Source: Candidatus Dormiibacterota bacterium | GTDB taxonomy: Bacteria; Chloroflexota; Dormibacteria; Aeolococcales; Aeolococcaceae | DNA: 64,000 nucleotides | Direction: 5' to 3' | NCBI GenBank assembly: GCA_049283735.1 | Contig: JBAPWO010000071.1 | Coordinates: 19,221 to 83,220 of the forward strand | Part shown: in pieces, positions 50,137-58,276 of the stretch | How positions within the stretch are numbered: position 1 is the first letter of the stretch | Layout: each line of letters begins with the position of its first letter | Notes under the pieces: model-generated | Databases searched by the model: none | Seen by the model: the letters and a program-made list of their open reading frames with translations, nothing else | Told to the model about the DNA's origin: nothing | Position numbers and translations under genes: made by a program

Positions 50137-51359
50137 GATGCCGCCGCCACTGCGCGTGCGGCGCCGCATCGCCGGTCGAGGTCATGGAGCTCGAATTCCC
50201 CGGCAAACACTCGGAGCGCCGACCCGAGCAGACCGGCCGCGCCGTCGGGGTGGCGGCAGGCGCCGCGTCCCGCCAGCAAGCCGGCCCAGCGCTGGATGCG
50301 CTCGAGGTCACCCGGGGTCGACGCCAGAGCGGCGACGCGCCCCGCGGACGCGGAGATGGCGCGCAGGCCGAAGGTGCACGGCCCGCACTGGCGGGCGCTC
50401 TCGTGGGCGAGATACGCCAGGATCCTCGCGGTCTCGACGACACCGCATCGTTCTGACGGCAGCACGGCGATCACTCCGCAGCCGAGCGAATAGCCGCCTT
50501 CGCGCAGCGGCTCGGTGTCAAGTGGCAGACCCCATGCGGTGCCGGACTCGACCCATCCGCCGAAATATCCGCCGAGCAGCACCGCGTCGCTGTCCGATGT
50601 GATGCCGCCCGCGGCATTGACCGCATCGGCGAGTGCCAGGCCCATCGGGATCTCGATCAGGACCGTCTGGGGAACCGCTCCGCCCACCGTGACCAGCGTG
50701 GTCCCCGACGCGTTCCCGACGCCGAGTGAGCGAAACCACTCATCGCCGAATCGCGCGATCAGCGCGACGTGCGCGAGCGTCTCGACATTCTGTACGAGCG
50801 TCGGACGTCCATCGATCCCGCGCTCGTACGGACGCGGCGGAATCGACGTGGGAAGCGCGATCCCCGCGTTCACGAAGTGCACCGCGGCGGTCTCCTCTCC
50901 GGAGACATAGCGGACCGGTGAGCTCACCAGACGCATCCGCTTTCGCTCAGACGCGGTACGTTCGGTCACCGCGCGTTGCATCGCCTGGATGGCGCCGGTG
51001 TGGTCGGCGCCGACGTAGAGGACGATCTCATCGGCACCGACGGCGCCCGCGGCCAGCAGCGCTCCGTCGATGATCAGGTGGGGACGCTGTTCCATGAGCA
51101 TGCGGTCCTTGCGGCTCAGCGGCTCTCCCTCACCACCGTTGGCGAGCACGACAGGGCGTCCCGCCCTCTGCGCGGCGACCGATCGCCACTTGGTCGCCAC
51201 CGGGAAGCCGGCCCCGCCCTTGCCGCGGAGGCTGCTTCGCTCGATCGAGTCGACGAGCGCCCGGGTCGCCTTCGGCAGCGCGCCGAGACGGTGCTGATGC
51301 TCGGCAAACGACTCCATGCCCAGGGCGGCGGGCGGCCCGGCGAGCAGCGCGATGCTCAT
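50133..51359 (-). CDS. NuoF-like (NADH dehydrogenase 51-kDa subunit family) FMN/4Fe-4S flavoprotein, stand-alone
   Basis: GKGGAGFPVATKW (FMN site), VSGEETA, and the C-terminal Fe-S motif CGPCTFG. Trimmed start MSIALLAG (51359). Confidence 0.7.
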   Translation of the reverse strand: MSIALLAGPPAALGMESFAEHQHRLGALPKATRALVDSIERSSLRGKGGAGFPVATKWRSVAAQRAGRPVVLANGGEGEPLSRKDRMLMEQRPHLIIDGALLAAGAVGADEIVLYVGADHTGAIQAMQRAVTERTASERKRMRLVSSPVRYVSGEETAAVHFVNAGIALPTSIPPRPYERGIDGRPTLVQNVETLAHVALIARFGDEWFRSLGVGNASGTTLVTVGGAVPQTVLIEIPMGLALADAVNAAGGITSDSDAVLLGGYFGGWVESGTAWGLPLDTEPLREGGYSLGCGVIAVLPSERCGVVETARILAYLAHESARQCGPCTFGLRAISASAGRVAALASTPGDLERIQRWAGLLAGRGACRHPDGAAGLLGSALRVFAGEFELHDLDRRCGAARAVAAAS

Positions 51360-51940
51360 TGTCCCGGTCCGAACGACGCACGCTCCGCGGCGACGCGACG
51401 TTCGTCCGCGAGCGGGTCCGGCGGCGCCCCGACCATGCGCCAGACGAGAGCCACCCCGACGGAACCGACGCACACAACATCGATCACGATCATCCAGAGC
51501 GCCGCGCTGTCGGTGCCGGTGCCGATGCCGTGGAGCACGGCCACCGGCCAGCTCGCATAGGCGAGCCAGTGAATTCCGCGCCACACGCGAGCGCCGATGT
51601 ACCGGCGGAGCAGGCTGGTCGCGACGATCGCGAGCAGCAGCTCAAACGCGACCGCCCCGAGGCCGAGCCACAAGGTCCGGTAGGACGAGCCGAACGGAAC
51701 CAGTGCGGTCAGGCCGAGGTGGGTGAACGGGTCGACGACCGCGGTGACGATGTGGAGCACCAGGAACACGAGCGTCATCAGGGCGAGGTCGCCGTGCACC
51801 GCCGCGCTGAGGAATCGCGGCCAGCCATGCGTTTCAAACCGCACCCGCGCGAGTAATCCGAGGACGACCACGGCACTCAGCAGCACGAGGCTCACCGCGC
51901 CTGCGCCGCGCGTGGTGTACCAGAGCAATTGGTCAGACAT
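51356..51940 (-). CDS. polytopic membrane protein with conserved His in TM helices (ferric-reductase-like/heme-binding candidate)
   Basis: Five or six TM helices with His residues (VLHIVTAVV, AVLHGIG). Start overlaps the histidine-kinase stop and its stop overlaps the NuoF-like start. Confidence 0.45.
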   Translation of the reverse strand: MSDQLLWYTTRGAGAVSLVLLSAVVVLGLLARVRFETHGWPRFLSAAVHGDLALMTLVFLVLHIVTAVVDPFTHLGLTALVPFGSSYRTLWLGLGAVAFELLLAIVATSLLRRYIGARVWRGIHWLAYASWPVAVLHGIGTGTDSAALWMIVIDVVCVGSVGVALVWRMVGAPPDPLADERRVAAERASFGPGQ

Positions 51941-53352
51941 CAGGCCGGAAGCTCGATGCGGAAGGTCGCGCCGCCGCCGGGCGTGTCGGTGACGCTGATC
52001 CTGCCGCCGTGTGCAGTCACGACTGCGGTGGCGATGCTCAAGCCCAGACCGCTGCCGCCCTGGTCGCGACTGCGCGTCGGATCGGCGCGGTGGAAACGCT
52101 CGAAGATCCGCTCGCGCTGTGCCGCCGGAACGCCGGGCCCGTGGTCGATGACGTCGATGTCGACGTGTCCGGTCTGCGCCTTCAGGGCTACCTCGACGGG
52201 GCTTCCCGCCGGCGTGTGCACGAGCGCATTGCGCACGAGGTTGGCGACCGCCTGACGCAGCCGCAGGTCATCGCCGGTCACCACGACGGGCGCGTCGATG
52301 TGGGCGGTCACCGCTCGATCCGGGTCGGCGGCGCGCGCGTCACTCACTGCGTCGTTGACCATCGACGTGAGGTCGACGGGCGCCCTGTCCAGCGGGCGTC
52401 CCTGGTCGAGTCGGGCGAGCAGCAGCAGGTCGTCGACGAGCACGCCCATGCGCCGGGTCTCGTCCTCGATGCGCCGGACCGCGAGCAGCACGTCGTCGCG
52501 TGCCATGTCGGGGTTGCGTTGCAGCAGCTCCGCGTAGCCGCGCATCGACGTGAGTGGGGTGCGCAATTCGTGCGACGCGTCGGAGACGAAGTGACGGAGT
52601 TTCTGCTCGGTCACATCGCGTTCCGCGAAGGCTCGCTCGATCTGCCCGAGCATCGCATTCAGCGCGAGCCCGAGTCTGCCGACTTCCGTGCGTTCGTTCG
52701 ACGGCGATACACGCCGACCGAGGCCACTCGCGGCGATCGATCGTGCGGTCGCGCCCATGCGCTCGAGCGGACGCATGCCGCTGCGAACGAGCAACCACGT
52801 GACCACCAGGACGATGATCGTGATCCCGCTACCGATGGCGATCTCGAAGAGCAGCAGAGTGCTGAGCGTGCTGTTGACGCCGTCAAGAGGAACCGCGACC
52901 ACCACCGTGGATTGGCCGGCACCCGGGAATTGCGATGACTGCGAGCTGACCAGCACCCTGTACGACTCCCATGAGCCGTCCCCGGGAACGGTCAGCGTCG
53001 TGCCGGCGTATGTGGCGATATTTGAAGGAAAGACCGGATGTGACGACGAGCTGGAGGCCACGGTTCCACCGTACGCGTAGCCCGACGCCGTGGCCACGCC
53101 GGACGCGTTGACAAGTTCGCCGTATGTTCCCGGCGGAAATGCGTCCTCCTGTCCATATCCGCCATCCGGTGGTCCAGCCTGGTTGCTCGAATGCAGCACG
53201 TTCTGCACGCCGGGTTCGATCACCACGAGTTGTTTGTCAACGCCCTGGAGCAGCGAGCTCTGCACCGCAACATACGTCCCGACGAACGCTGCCGCGAGTC
53301 CGAGAATGAACAGCGGCGCCAATGTCAACAGCAGGCGCAGTCGAAGGGACAT
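51940..53352 (-). CDS. sensor histidine kinase (TM, HAMP, HisKA, HATPase_c)
   Basis: H-box SHELRTPLTSMRGYAELL; G-boxes GGSGLGLSIA. Confidence 0.85.
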   Translation of the reverse strand: MSLRLRLLLTLAPLFILGLAAAFVGTYVAVQSSLLQGVDKQLVVIEPGVQNVLHSSNQAGPPDGGYGQEDAFPPGTYGELVNASGVATASGYAYGGTVASSSSSHPVFPSNIATYAGTTLTVPGDGSWESYRVLVSSQSSQFPGAGQSTVVVAVPLDGVNSTLSTLLLFEIAIGSGITIIVLVVTWLLVRSGMRPLERMGATARSIAASGLGRRVSPSNERTEVGRLGLALNAMLGQIERAFAERDVTEQKLRHFVSDASHELRTPLTSMRGYAELLQRNPDMARDDVLLAVRRIEDETRRMGVLVDDLLLLARLDQGRPLDRAPVDLTSMVNDAVSDARAADPDRAVTAHIDAPVVVTGDDLRLRQAVANLVRNALVHTPAGSPVEVALKAQTGHVDIDVIDHGPGVPAAQRERIFERFHRADPTRSRDQGGSGLGLSIATAVVTAHGGRISVTDTPGGGATFRIELPA

Positions 53353-53384
53353 CTACGGTCCTGAGCACATGGTGGGCGCGCCGC

Positions 53385-54098
53385 TCACGCGTGCGCCGAT
53401 GTGGTGCGCGGAACGCGTATGACGTATCCCACTCCACGGACCGTGTGAATCAGCGGCGGGGTGACCGTGTCGACCTTGCGGCGGAGGTAGCTGATGTACG
53501 TCTCAAGGACGCTCGCGTCGCCGCCGAAGTCGTAATCCCAGACATGGTCGAGGATCTGCGAGCGCGAGAGCACCCGGCCGGTGTTCATCATCAGGTAACG
53601 GAGCAGGCGGAACTCCGTGCGCGTCAACTCGATCGGCGACCCGGCGCGGAAGACCTCGTGGGTCTCGTCGTCGAGCTCGAGGTCGTGGAGCACCAGCTTG
53701 CCGCTCGCGGCGGCGCCGTCAGGATTGTGACGCCGGAGCACCACCCGGATCCTCGCCACCAGCTCCTCGATGCTGAACGGCTTGGTCACGTAGTCGTCGC
53801 CGCCGATGGTCAGCCCGTGGACCTTTTCCTCGGTTGCGTCGCGGGCGGTCAGGAAGATCACCGGGACCTTGACGCCGTCGCTGATCAGACGCTGCACGAG
53901 CGTGAAACCGTCGTCGTCCGGCAGCCCGACGTCGAGGATCATGAGGTCGGGGCGGAAGTCCATCACGGCGTGGCGGGCCTGTTTCGCGGTGCCCGCGGTC
54001 TGCACCGAGAAGCCCTCGTACTTGAGCGCCATCGCCACGAGATCGGTGATCGCACGCTCATCGTCGACGACCAGGATTCGGTTCGGCTCTGTGGTCAC
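53385..54098 (-). CDS. OmpR-family response regulator
   Basis: GTG start (VTTEPNRILVVDDE). REC domain plus winged-helix C-terminus (VHTVRGVGYVI). Trimmed from the 619-aa tracked ORF. Confidence 0.85.
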   Translation of the reverse strand: MTTEPNRILVVDDERAITDLVAMALKYEGFSVQTAGTAKQARHAVMDFRPDLMILDVGLPDDDGFTLVQRLISDGVKVPVIFLTARDATEEKVHGLTIGGDDYVTKPFSIEELVARIRVVLRRHNPDGAAASGKLVLHDLELDDETHEVFRAGSPIELTRTEFRLLRYLMMNTGRVLSRSQILDHVWDYDFGGDASVLETYISYLRRKVDTVTPPLIHTVRGVGYVIRVPRTTSAHA

Positions 54099-54148
54099 CG
54101 GGCCATCTTCGCGCGGAAGTCTGGGAAAAGGCTCAGAGGTTGTTGGGG

Positions 54149-54970
54149 CTACGCCGGGCGTTGCACCGCATCGCGCGCCCGCCCGCGCTCCCCGTCGCCG
54201 AGCGGCAGCGAGAGACAGCGCACCCCGCCGCCGGCCTTGAGGAACTCCCCCATGGCGTGGGGGATCGGCGTGTAACCCGCGTCCCGGAGCGGTGCCTCCA
54301 GCTGCGAGATGGTCAGCGACGAGAGCACGTGCCGGCCGAGCGGCATCGCGTTGCAGGCAAAGCCCGCGGCCACCTCGACGGGCACCTCGATCAGATTCGG
54401 CACCAGCTCGCGGATCACTTGCAGGGAGGCCGGAGCGAACGCGTCCGGCGCCGCCAGGACGTTGGTGGCATCGAGCGGACAGAAGCAGGTGTCCAGGTGA
54501 TAGAAACGCGGGTCGACCAGCTCCAGGGACACGACGTCGACCTCGAGGATCCGCGCCACCGGGTGGTGGGCTTCGCGATCGGTTCGGAACCCATGGCCGC
54601 AGAAGAGTCGGTCGCCGACGAACAGTGCATCTCCAGCGCCTTCGAACGACAGCGATCGTGGCAGTTCGTGGACATCGAAGCCGAGCCGCTCCAGCTCCTG
54701 GCGCCAGTGCACCTCCTCCCCCTGCCGCTCGGGGTGATGGAAGTTGCTCAGGACGGCGCGGTTGTCCCACAGCACAGCCGCATTGGCGGTGAAGACCATG
54801 TCGGGCAGACCCGCCACCGGTGCAGCCAGTTCGATCTCGACGCCGAGGTCGACATAGGTGCGATAGAGGGCGTCCCACTGTGCCGTGGCCAGCTCGTGGT
54901 CGACCTTGACCGCGACGTGCATCCACGGGTTGATCTCGTATTCGATGCCGAAGTGGTCCGGCCGGCACAT
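54149..54970 (-). CDS. amidinotransferase/dimethylarginine-dimethylaminohydrolase-like (arginine-deiminase superfamily) protein
   Basis: MCRPDHFGIEYEINPWMH start typical of DDAH/amidinotransferase enzymes. C-terminal Cys nucleophile region GGGVRCLSL. Confidence 0.65.
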   Translation of the reverse strand: MCRPDHFGIEYEINPWMHVAVKVDHELATAQWDALYRTYVDLGVEIELAAPVAGLPDMVFTANAAVLWDNRAVLSNFHHPERQGEEVHWRQELERLGFDVHELPRSLSFEGAGDALFVGDRLFCGHGFRTDREAHHPVARILEVDVVSLELVDPRFYHLDTCFCPLDATNVLAAPDAFAPASLQVIRELVPNLIEVPVEVAAGFACNAMPLGRHVLSSLTISQLEAPLRDAGYTPIPHAMGEFLKAGGGVRCLSLPLGDGERGRARDAVQRPA

Positions 54971-54984
54971 GAGGACCGTGGCGG

Positions 54985-56097
54985 TCACGGAGTCGCCCGG
55001 GGCAGCGCGGCTCCGTCGCCGAGCGGTAGCGGCATGAGGAGTGTCGGCGAGAACCGCGTCCCCGCGTGCAGCTCGATCGGGCCCGCCACCGCGGGTCGCT
55101 GCACGCACCAGCGAGGATCGACGTCGTCGCGAACCGCAAGCAGCGCCGGCCGGAGCAGCGACCCCGCGGAGCTCCGACCCTGATGCCGGACGGTCGCCGT
55201 GAGCGCGGGACGCAGCCAGGTCGCGGTGACCGGCTGCACGCCATCCAGGGGCGCGCCGCTGACGGTCAGGTCGGCAACGCGTTGCGCCAGCCAGCCGGCC
55301 ACGAGTCGATCGTTCGGCCCGTCCACATGCCCCGCGAACGTCAGGCGGCCGGCGACATGCTCGCCAAGGATGAGCCGGGTGCCGCCACGCCGGCGCGAGA
55401 CGACGCCCGCGACGACGCAGGTGGTCTGATCCGTCAGCCCGATGCGCAGACGATCGGGCGAGGCGACCCCGGGGCGGTACGGAGCGCCCGCGCGCCGCGC
55501 GAGCAGGGCCGCCAGACCCCTTCCCATTGCGGCGGCCGCGAGCGCCTCTCCACGCCCACGAACGTGGTCCGGTACCTGGAGGGCATCGCTCTGCCCGGTC
55601 AGGTCGCCGAGGGCATCGAGGCGACGATCGAGGGGCCAGCCGAGGGTCGAGCGTCCATCGAGATGCAGGAGGTCAGAGCCCAGGTATACGGCCGGTAGCT
55701 CGTGCGCCGCAGCGGGTCCGGCGGCAAGGCGCCGGCCGAACCCCGCCAGGTCGGGACGTCCGTCGGGGTCGAGGACGGTGATGACACCGTCAAGCACCGC
55801 GCCCCGGCCACCCCGCACCGCTGCGGGCGCCGCAACGTCGGGGAAACGCCGTGCGAGATCGCCTGGCATCTCACCCTGGATCCGGACGGCCCCGCCGGGG
55901 TCGAGGAAGAGCAGCGCCCGGGCTCCATCCCAGTCGACGCTGAACAGCCAGTCCCGATCGTCGAACGGCGCGGCGCAGGGAACCGACGCCTCGATCGCGA
56001 TGTACCCGGGGAGTTTGGGCGTGGTCGGGGATCGAAAGGGCAGAGGATCGCCGGACGCAGCCAGGGCGGCACGAGACAGGCCTGCTCTCCCGGCCAC
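54985..56097 (-). CDS. ATP-dependent DNA ligase (stand-alone, LigC-type, NHEJ-associated)
   Basis: Immediately downstream of ku. WLFSVDWDGARAL (K replaced?) adenylation-motif region and OB-fold. Putative GTG start at 56097, since there is no in-frame ATG after the Ku stop. The ligase motif I lysine is not obvious, so a decayed or atypical ligase is possible. Confidence 0.6.
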   Translation of the reverse strand: MAGRAGLSRAALAASGDPLPFRSPTTPKLPGYIAIEASVPCAAPFDDRDWLFSVDWDGARALLFLDPGGAVRIQGEMPGDLARRFPDVAAPAAVRGGRGAVLDGVITVLDPDGRPDLAGFGRRLAAGPAAAHELPAVYLGSDLLHLDGRSTLGWPLDRRLDALGDLTGQSDALQVPDHVRGRGEALAAAAMGRGLAALLARRAGAPYRPGVASPDRLRIGLTDQTTCVVAGVVSRRRGGTRLILGEHVAGRLTFAGHVDGPNDRLVAGWLAQRVADLTVSGAPLDGVQPVTATWLRPALTATVRHQGRSSAGSLLRPALLAVRDDVDPRWCVQRPAVAGPIELHAGTRFSPTLLMPLPLGDGAALPRATP

Positions 56098-56114
56098 GCC
56101 CGACCCGCGGAGCC

Positions 56115-56975
56115 TCAGGAGGCCCGGCGACGGCGGGCCGGTTCCAGCGTGGAGACGTCGTCGGCGGCGGATTCCTCTGCGTCGGCGCCCTCGGCTCGGC
56201 GCGATTTCGCCGCCTCGACCGACGCTTTGAGCGCGGCCATGAGGTCGGTGACCTTGCCGGGCTCGCGCACCTCGGGCCGCTCGAGCGGCTGGTTGGTCAG
56301 CTTGGATTCCACGACCTGGATCAACGCCTCGCGGTAGTCGTCGTGGTAGCGCGCCGGGTCGAAGTGGGCGCTCATGTTCTCCACCAGCATCACGGCCATG
56401 TCCAGCTCTTTCTTGGGGACCTGGGGACTTTGCTCGGGAATCGCCAGCTCGCCTGCCGCGCGGATCTCGTCCGGCCAGTGCAGGGTGTTGAGCAGCAGAC
56501 CCTGGTCGTGGAGCGCCAGGCGGCAGAGATGCTCGCGATCGCGCAGGGCGATCTTCCCGATGGCCACGGTGCCGGTCTTCTCGAGCGCCTGGCGAAGCAG
56601 CGCGTACGGCTTGACTCCCACCGGCTCGGGTTCGAGGTAATAGGCGCTCTTCAGGTAGACGCCCGCCTCGATCTCCGAGTCCGGGCAGAACTCGACGATG
56701 TCGATGGTGTGCGTCGTGGTCAGGGGCAGGTTGTCGAGGTCCGAGTCGGTGACGATCACGTACTCGTCCTTGCCGACTTCGTAGCCGCGGAGCGCTTCGC
56801 TCCAGCCGATCTCGCGATCCTCCTCGGGGCACCAGCGCTTGTTGCGGACCGGAGTCTGGTCGTTCGGGCAGAGCAACCGGAACGAAACGCTCTTCGATTC
56901 GGTCGCCAGGTAGAGCCGCACGGGGATCGCCACCATGCCGAAGCTGATGGCACCCCGCCACATGGATCGAGGCAT
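56115..56975 (-). CDS. ku: Ku protein (NHEJ DNA-end-binding)
   Basis: MPRSMWRGAISFGMVAIPVRLYLATESKSVSFRLL, the canonical Ku N-terminus; 286 aa with a basic C-terminal tail. Confidence 0.9.
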   Translation of the reverse strand: MPRSMWRGAISFGMVAIPVRLYLATESKSVSFRLLCPNDQTPVRNKRWCPEEDREIGWSEALRGYEVGKDEYVIVTDSDLDNLPLTTTHTIDIVEFCPDSEIEAGVYLKSAYYLEPEPVGVKPYALLRQALEKTGTVAIGKIALRDREHLCRLALHDQGLLLNTLHWPDEIRAAGELAIPEQSPQVPKKELDMAVMLVENMSAHFDPARYHDDYREALIQVVESKLTNQPLERPEVREPGKVTDLMAALKASVEAAKSRRAEGADAEESAADDVSTLEPARRRRAS

Positions 56976-57047
56976 CGCCGTTCGAGTATAGAGGCGCGGG
57001 ATCGCAGTGCATGCGGCTCCGCGGGAGCTCGCCGGGTGCTCCGTGCG

Positions 57048-57569
57048 TCAGGCGGCGGCGAGCATCCGGTCGTATGCGGCTTTCAGCTCCGGGTAGCGCA
57101 GGAAGATGATGTGCGCGTACTCCTGCGTCAGCGGTACGGGTTTGCGCCGCAGTGAGAGCCCGACCTCTTCGGGCCGGTGGTTCGCCTTGCGCCAGTTGCA
57201 CTTCCGGCACGCGATCACCACGTTCTCCCAGCGATCCGGCGCGCCGCCACGAGACACCGGGACCACGTGGTCGACGGTGAGCTCGGCCGCGTTGCCGAGA
57301 CGACCGCAGTACTGACAGGTGTGATCGTCCCGGAGGAGGAGGTTGCGACGGTTGGGCCGGAGCAGGCGGCGCGGCACGTGGATGGTGCGCAGCAGACGGA
57401 CGATGACGACTCCTTCCGGCAGCCTTCGCCCGGCCAGCGCCTCGGCTGCCGCTCGCTCTGCCGCCGCATCGACGAACGCCACCCGCTCCTTGGTGAGGAG
57501 CACAACCAGCCGCCGGTGACTGATCACGTTGAGGGGCTGCATCGAGGCGTTGAGCAGCAGCACTGCCAT
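57048..57569 (-). CDS. HNH endonuclease
   Basis: CQYCGRLGNAAELTVDHVVPVSRGG...NVVIACRKCNWRKAN (HNH motif with two Cys pairs). Confidence 0.8.
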   Translation of the reverse strand: MAVLLLNASMQPLNVISHRRLVVLLTKERVAFVDAAAERAAAEALAGRRLPEGVVIVRLLRTIHVPRRLLRPNRRNLLLRDDHTCQYCGRLGNAAELTVDHVVPVSRGGAPDRWENVVIACRKCNWRKANHRPEEVGLSLRRKPVPLTQEYAHIIFLRYPELKAAYDRMLAAA

Positions 57570-57608
57570 TGCCGGAATTCTATTGGGAAGGGGGGATCTT
57601 CGCGTTGA

Positions 57609-58238
57609 TCACGGGTAGGGGGCCGGCTTGATGGGGCCGACCTTGATCGCACCGCCGCACACCATGCTCGACTGGACGTCGGTCACGTCGGTCTGGAAGC
57701 GCGACGTCGGCAGCGTCACCCGCCAGAATCGCGGCCTCTCCGCCTGCGCCGCGGTACACGTGGCATCGGTCCAGGAGACGAGGAAATAGCCGTGCCCCGT
57801 CGCGCCGACAGCGCCGAGGGGTTCGGTGCCGGGCGGAAGATGGACCGGCCCGGGGGACGCAAGCGAGTTGTCGTTGGTCCAGCCGGTGTTCAGCAGACCG
57901 CCGCTCGACGAGAGCATCTGCAGCCTGGCGTAGCCGTTCTCGGTGCAGTCGCTCGTCGACGTGTTGCGAACCTCGAAGGTCGCGTAGATGGTGCCTGCCG
58001 CGCCCTGGGTGTTCAGGATGTCGATCTCGAACTGTCCAGGCATGCATGCAATCGGTGGGGTCGCAGTGGGGATCGGCGTCGAGGTCGGGGTCGATACGGG
58101 CGTCGGGGTCACAACCGGTGTCGGGGTCACCGGGATCGCAGTCGGCGAGGTGCTCGGCGCCGGCGGAGACGACGACCCGCAGGCGGCGAGCAGGCCTGCG
58201 ACCACGAGCAGCACAGGCGGAACCAACACCCGTCGCAT
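57609..58238 (-). CDS. lipoprotein with Pro/Thr-rich linker (DUF4232-like)
   Basis: MRRVLVPPVLLVVAGLLAACGSS (lipobox), a PT-rich linker, then a Cys-containing beta domain. Confidence 0.6.
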   Translation of the reverse strand: MRRVLVPPVLLVVAGLLAACGSSSPPAPSTSPTAIPVTPTPVVTPTPVSTPTSTPIPTATPPIACMPGQFEIDILNTQGAAGTIYATFEVRNTSTSDCTENGYARLQMLSSSGGLLNTGWTNDNSLASPGPVHLPPGTEPLGAVGATGHGYFLVSWTDATCTAAQAERPRFWRVTLPTSRFQTDVTDVQSSMVCGGAIKVGPIKPAPYP

Positions 58239-58276
58239 CGCGACGCAGGGTACCCGCAAACCGCGCTCGGCGCGCG

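Noticed and set aside
56098-57210. Upstream two-thirds of the 741-aa minus ORF 54985-57210
   Set aside because: Out-of-frame overlap with ku, Arg/Pro/Gly-rich nonsense. Only the part downstream of the Ku stop encodes the ligase.
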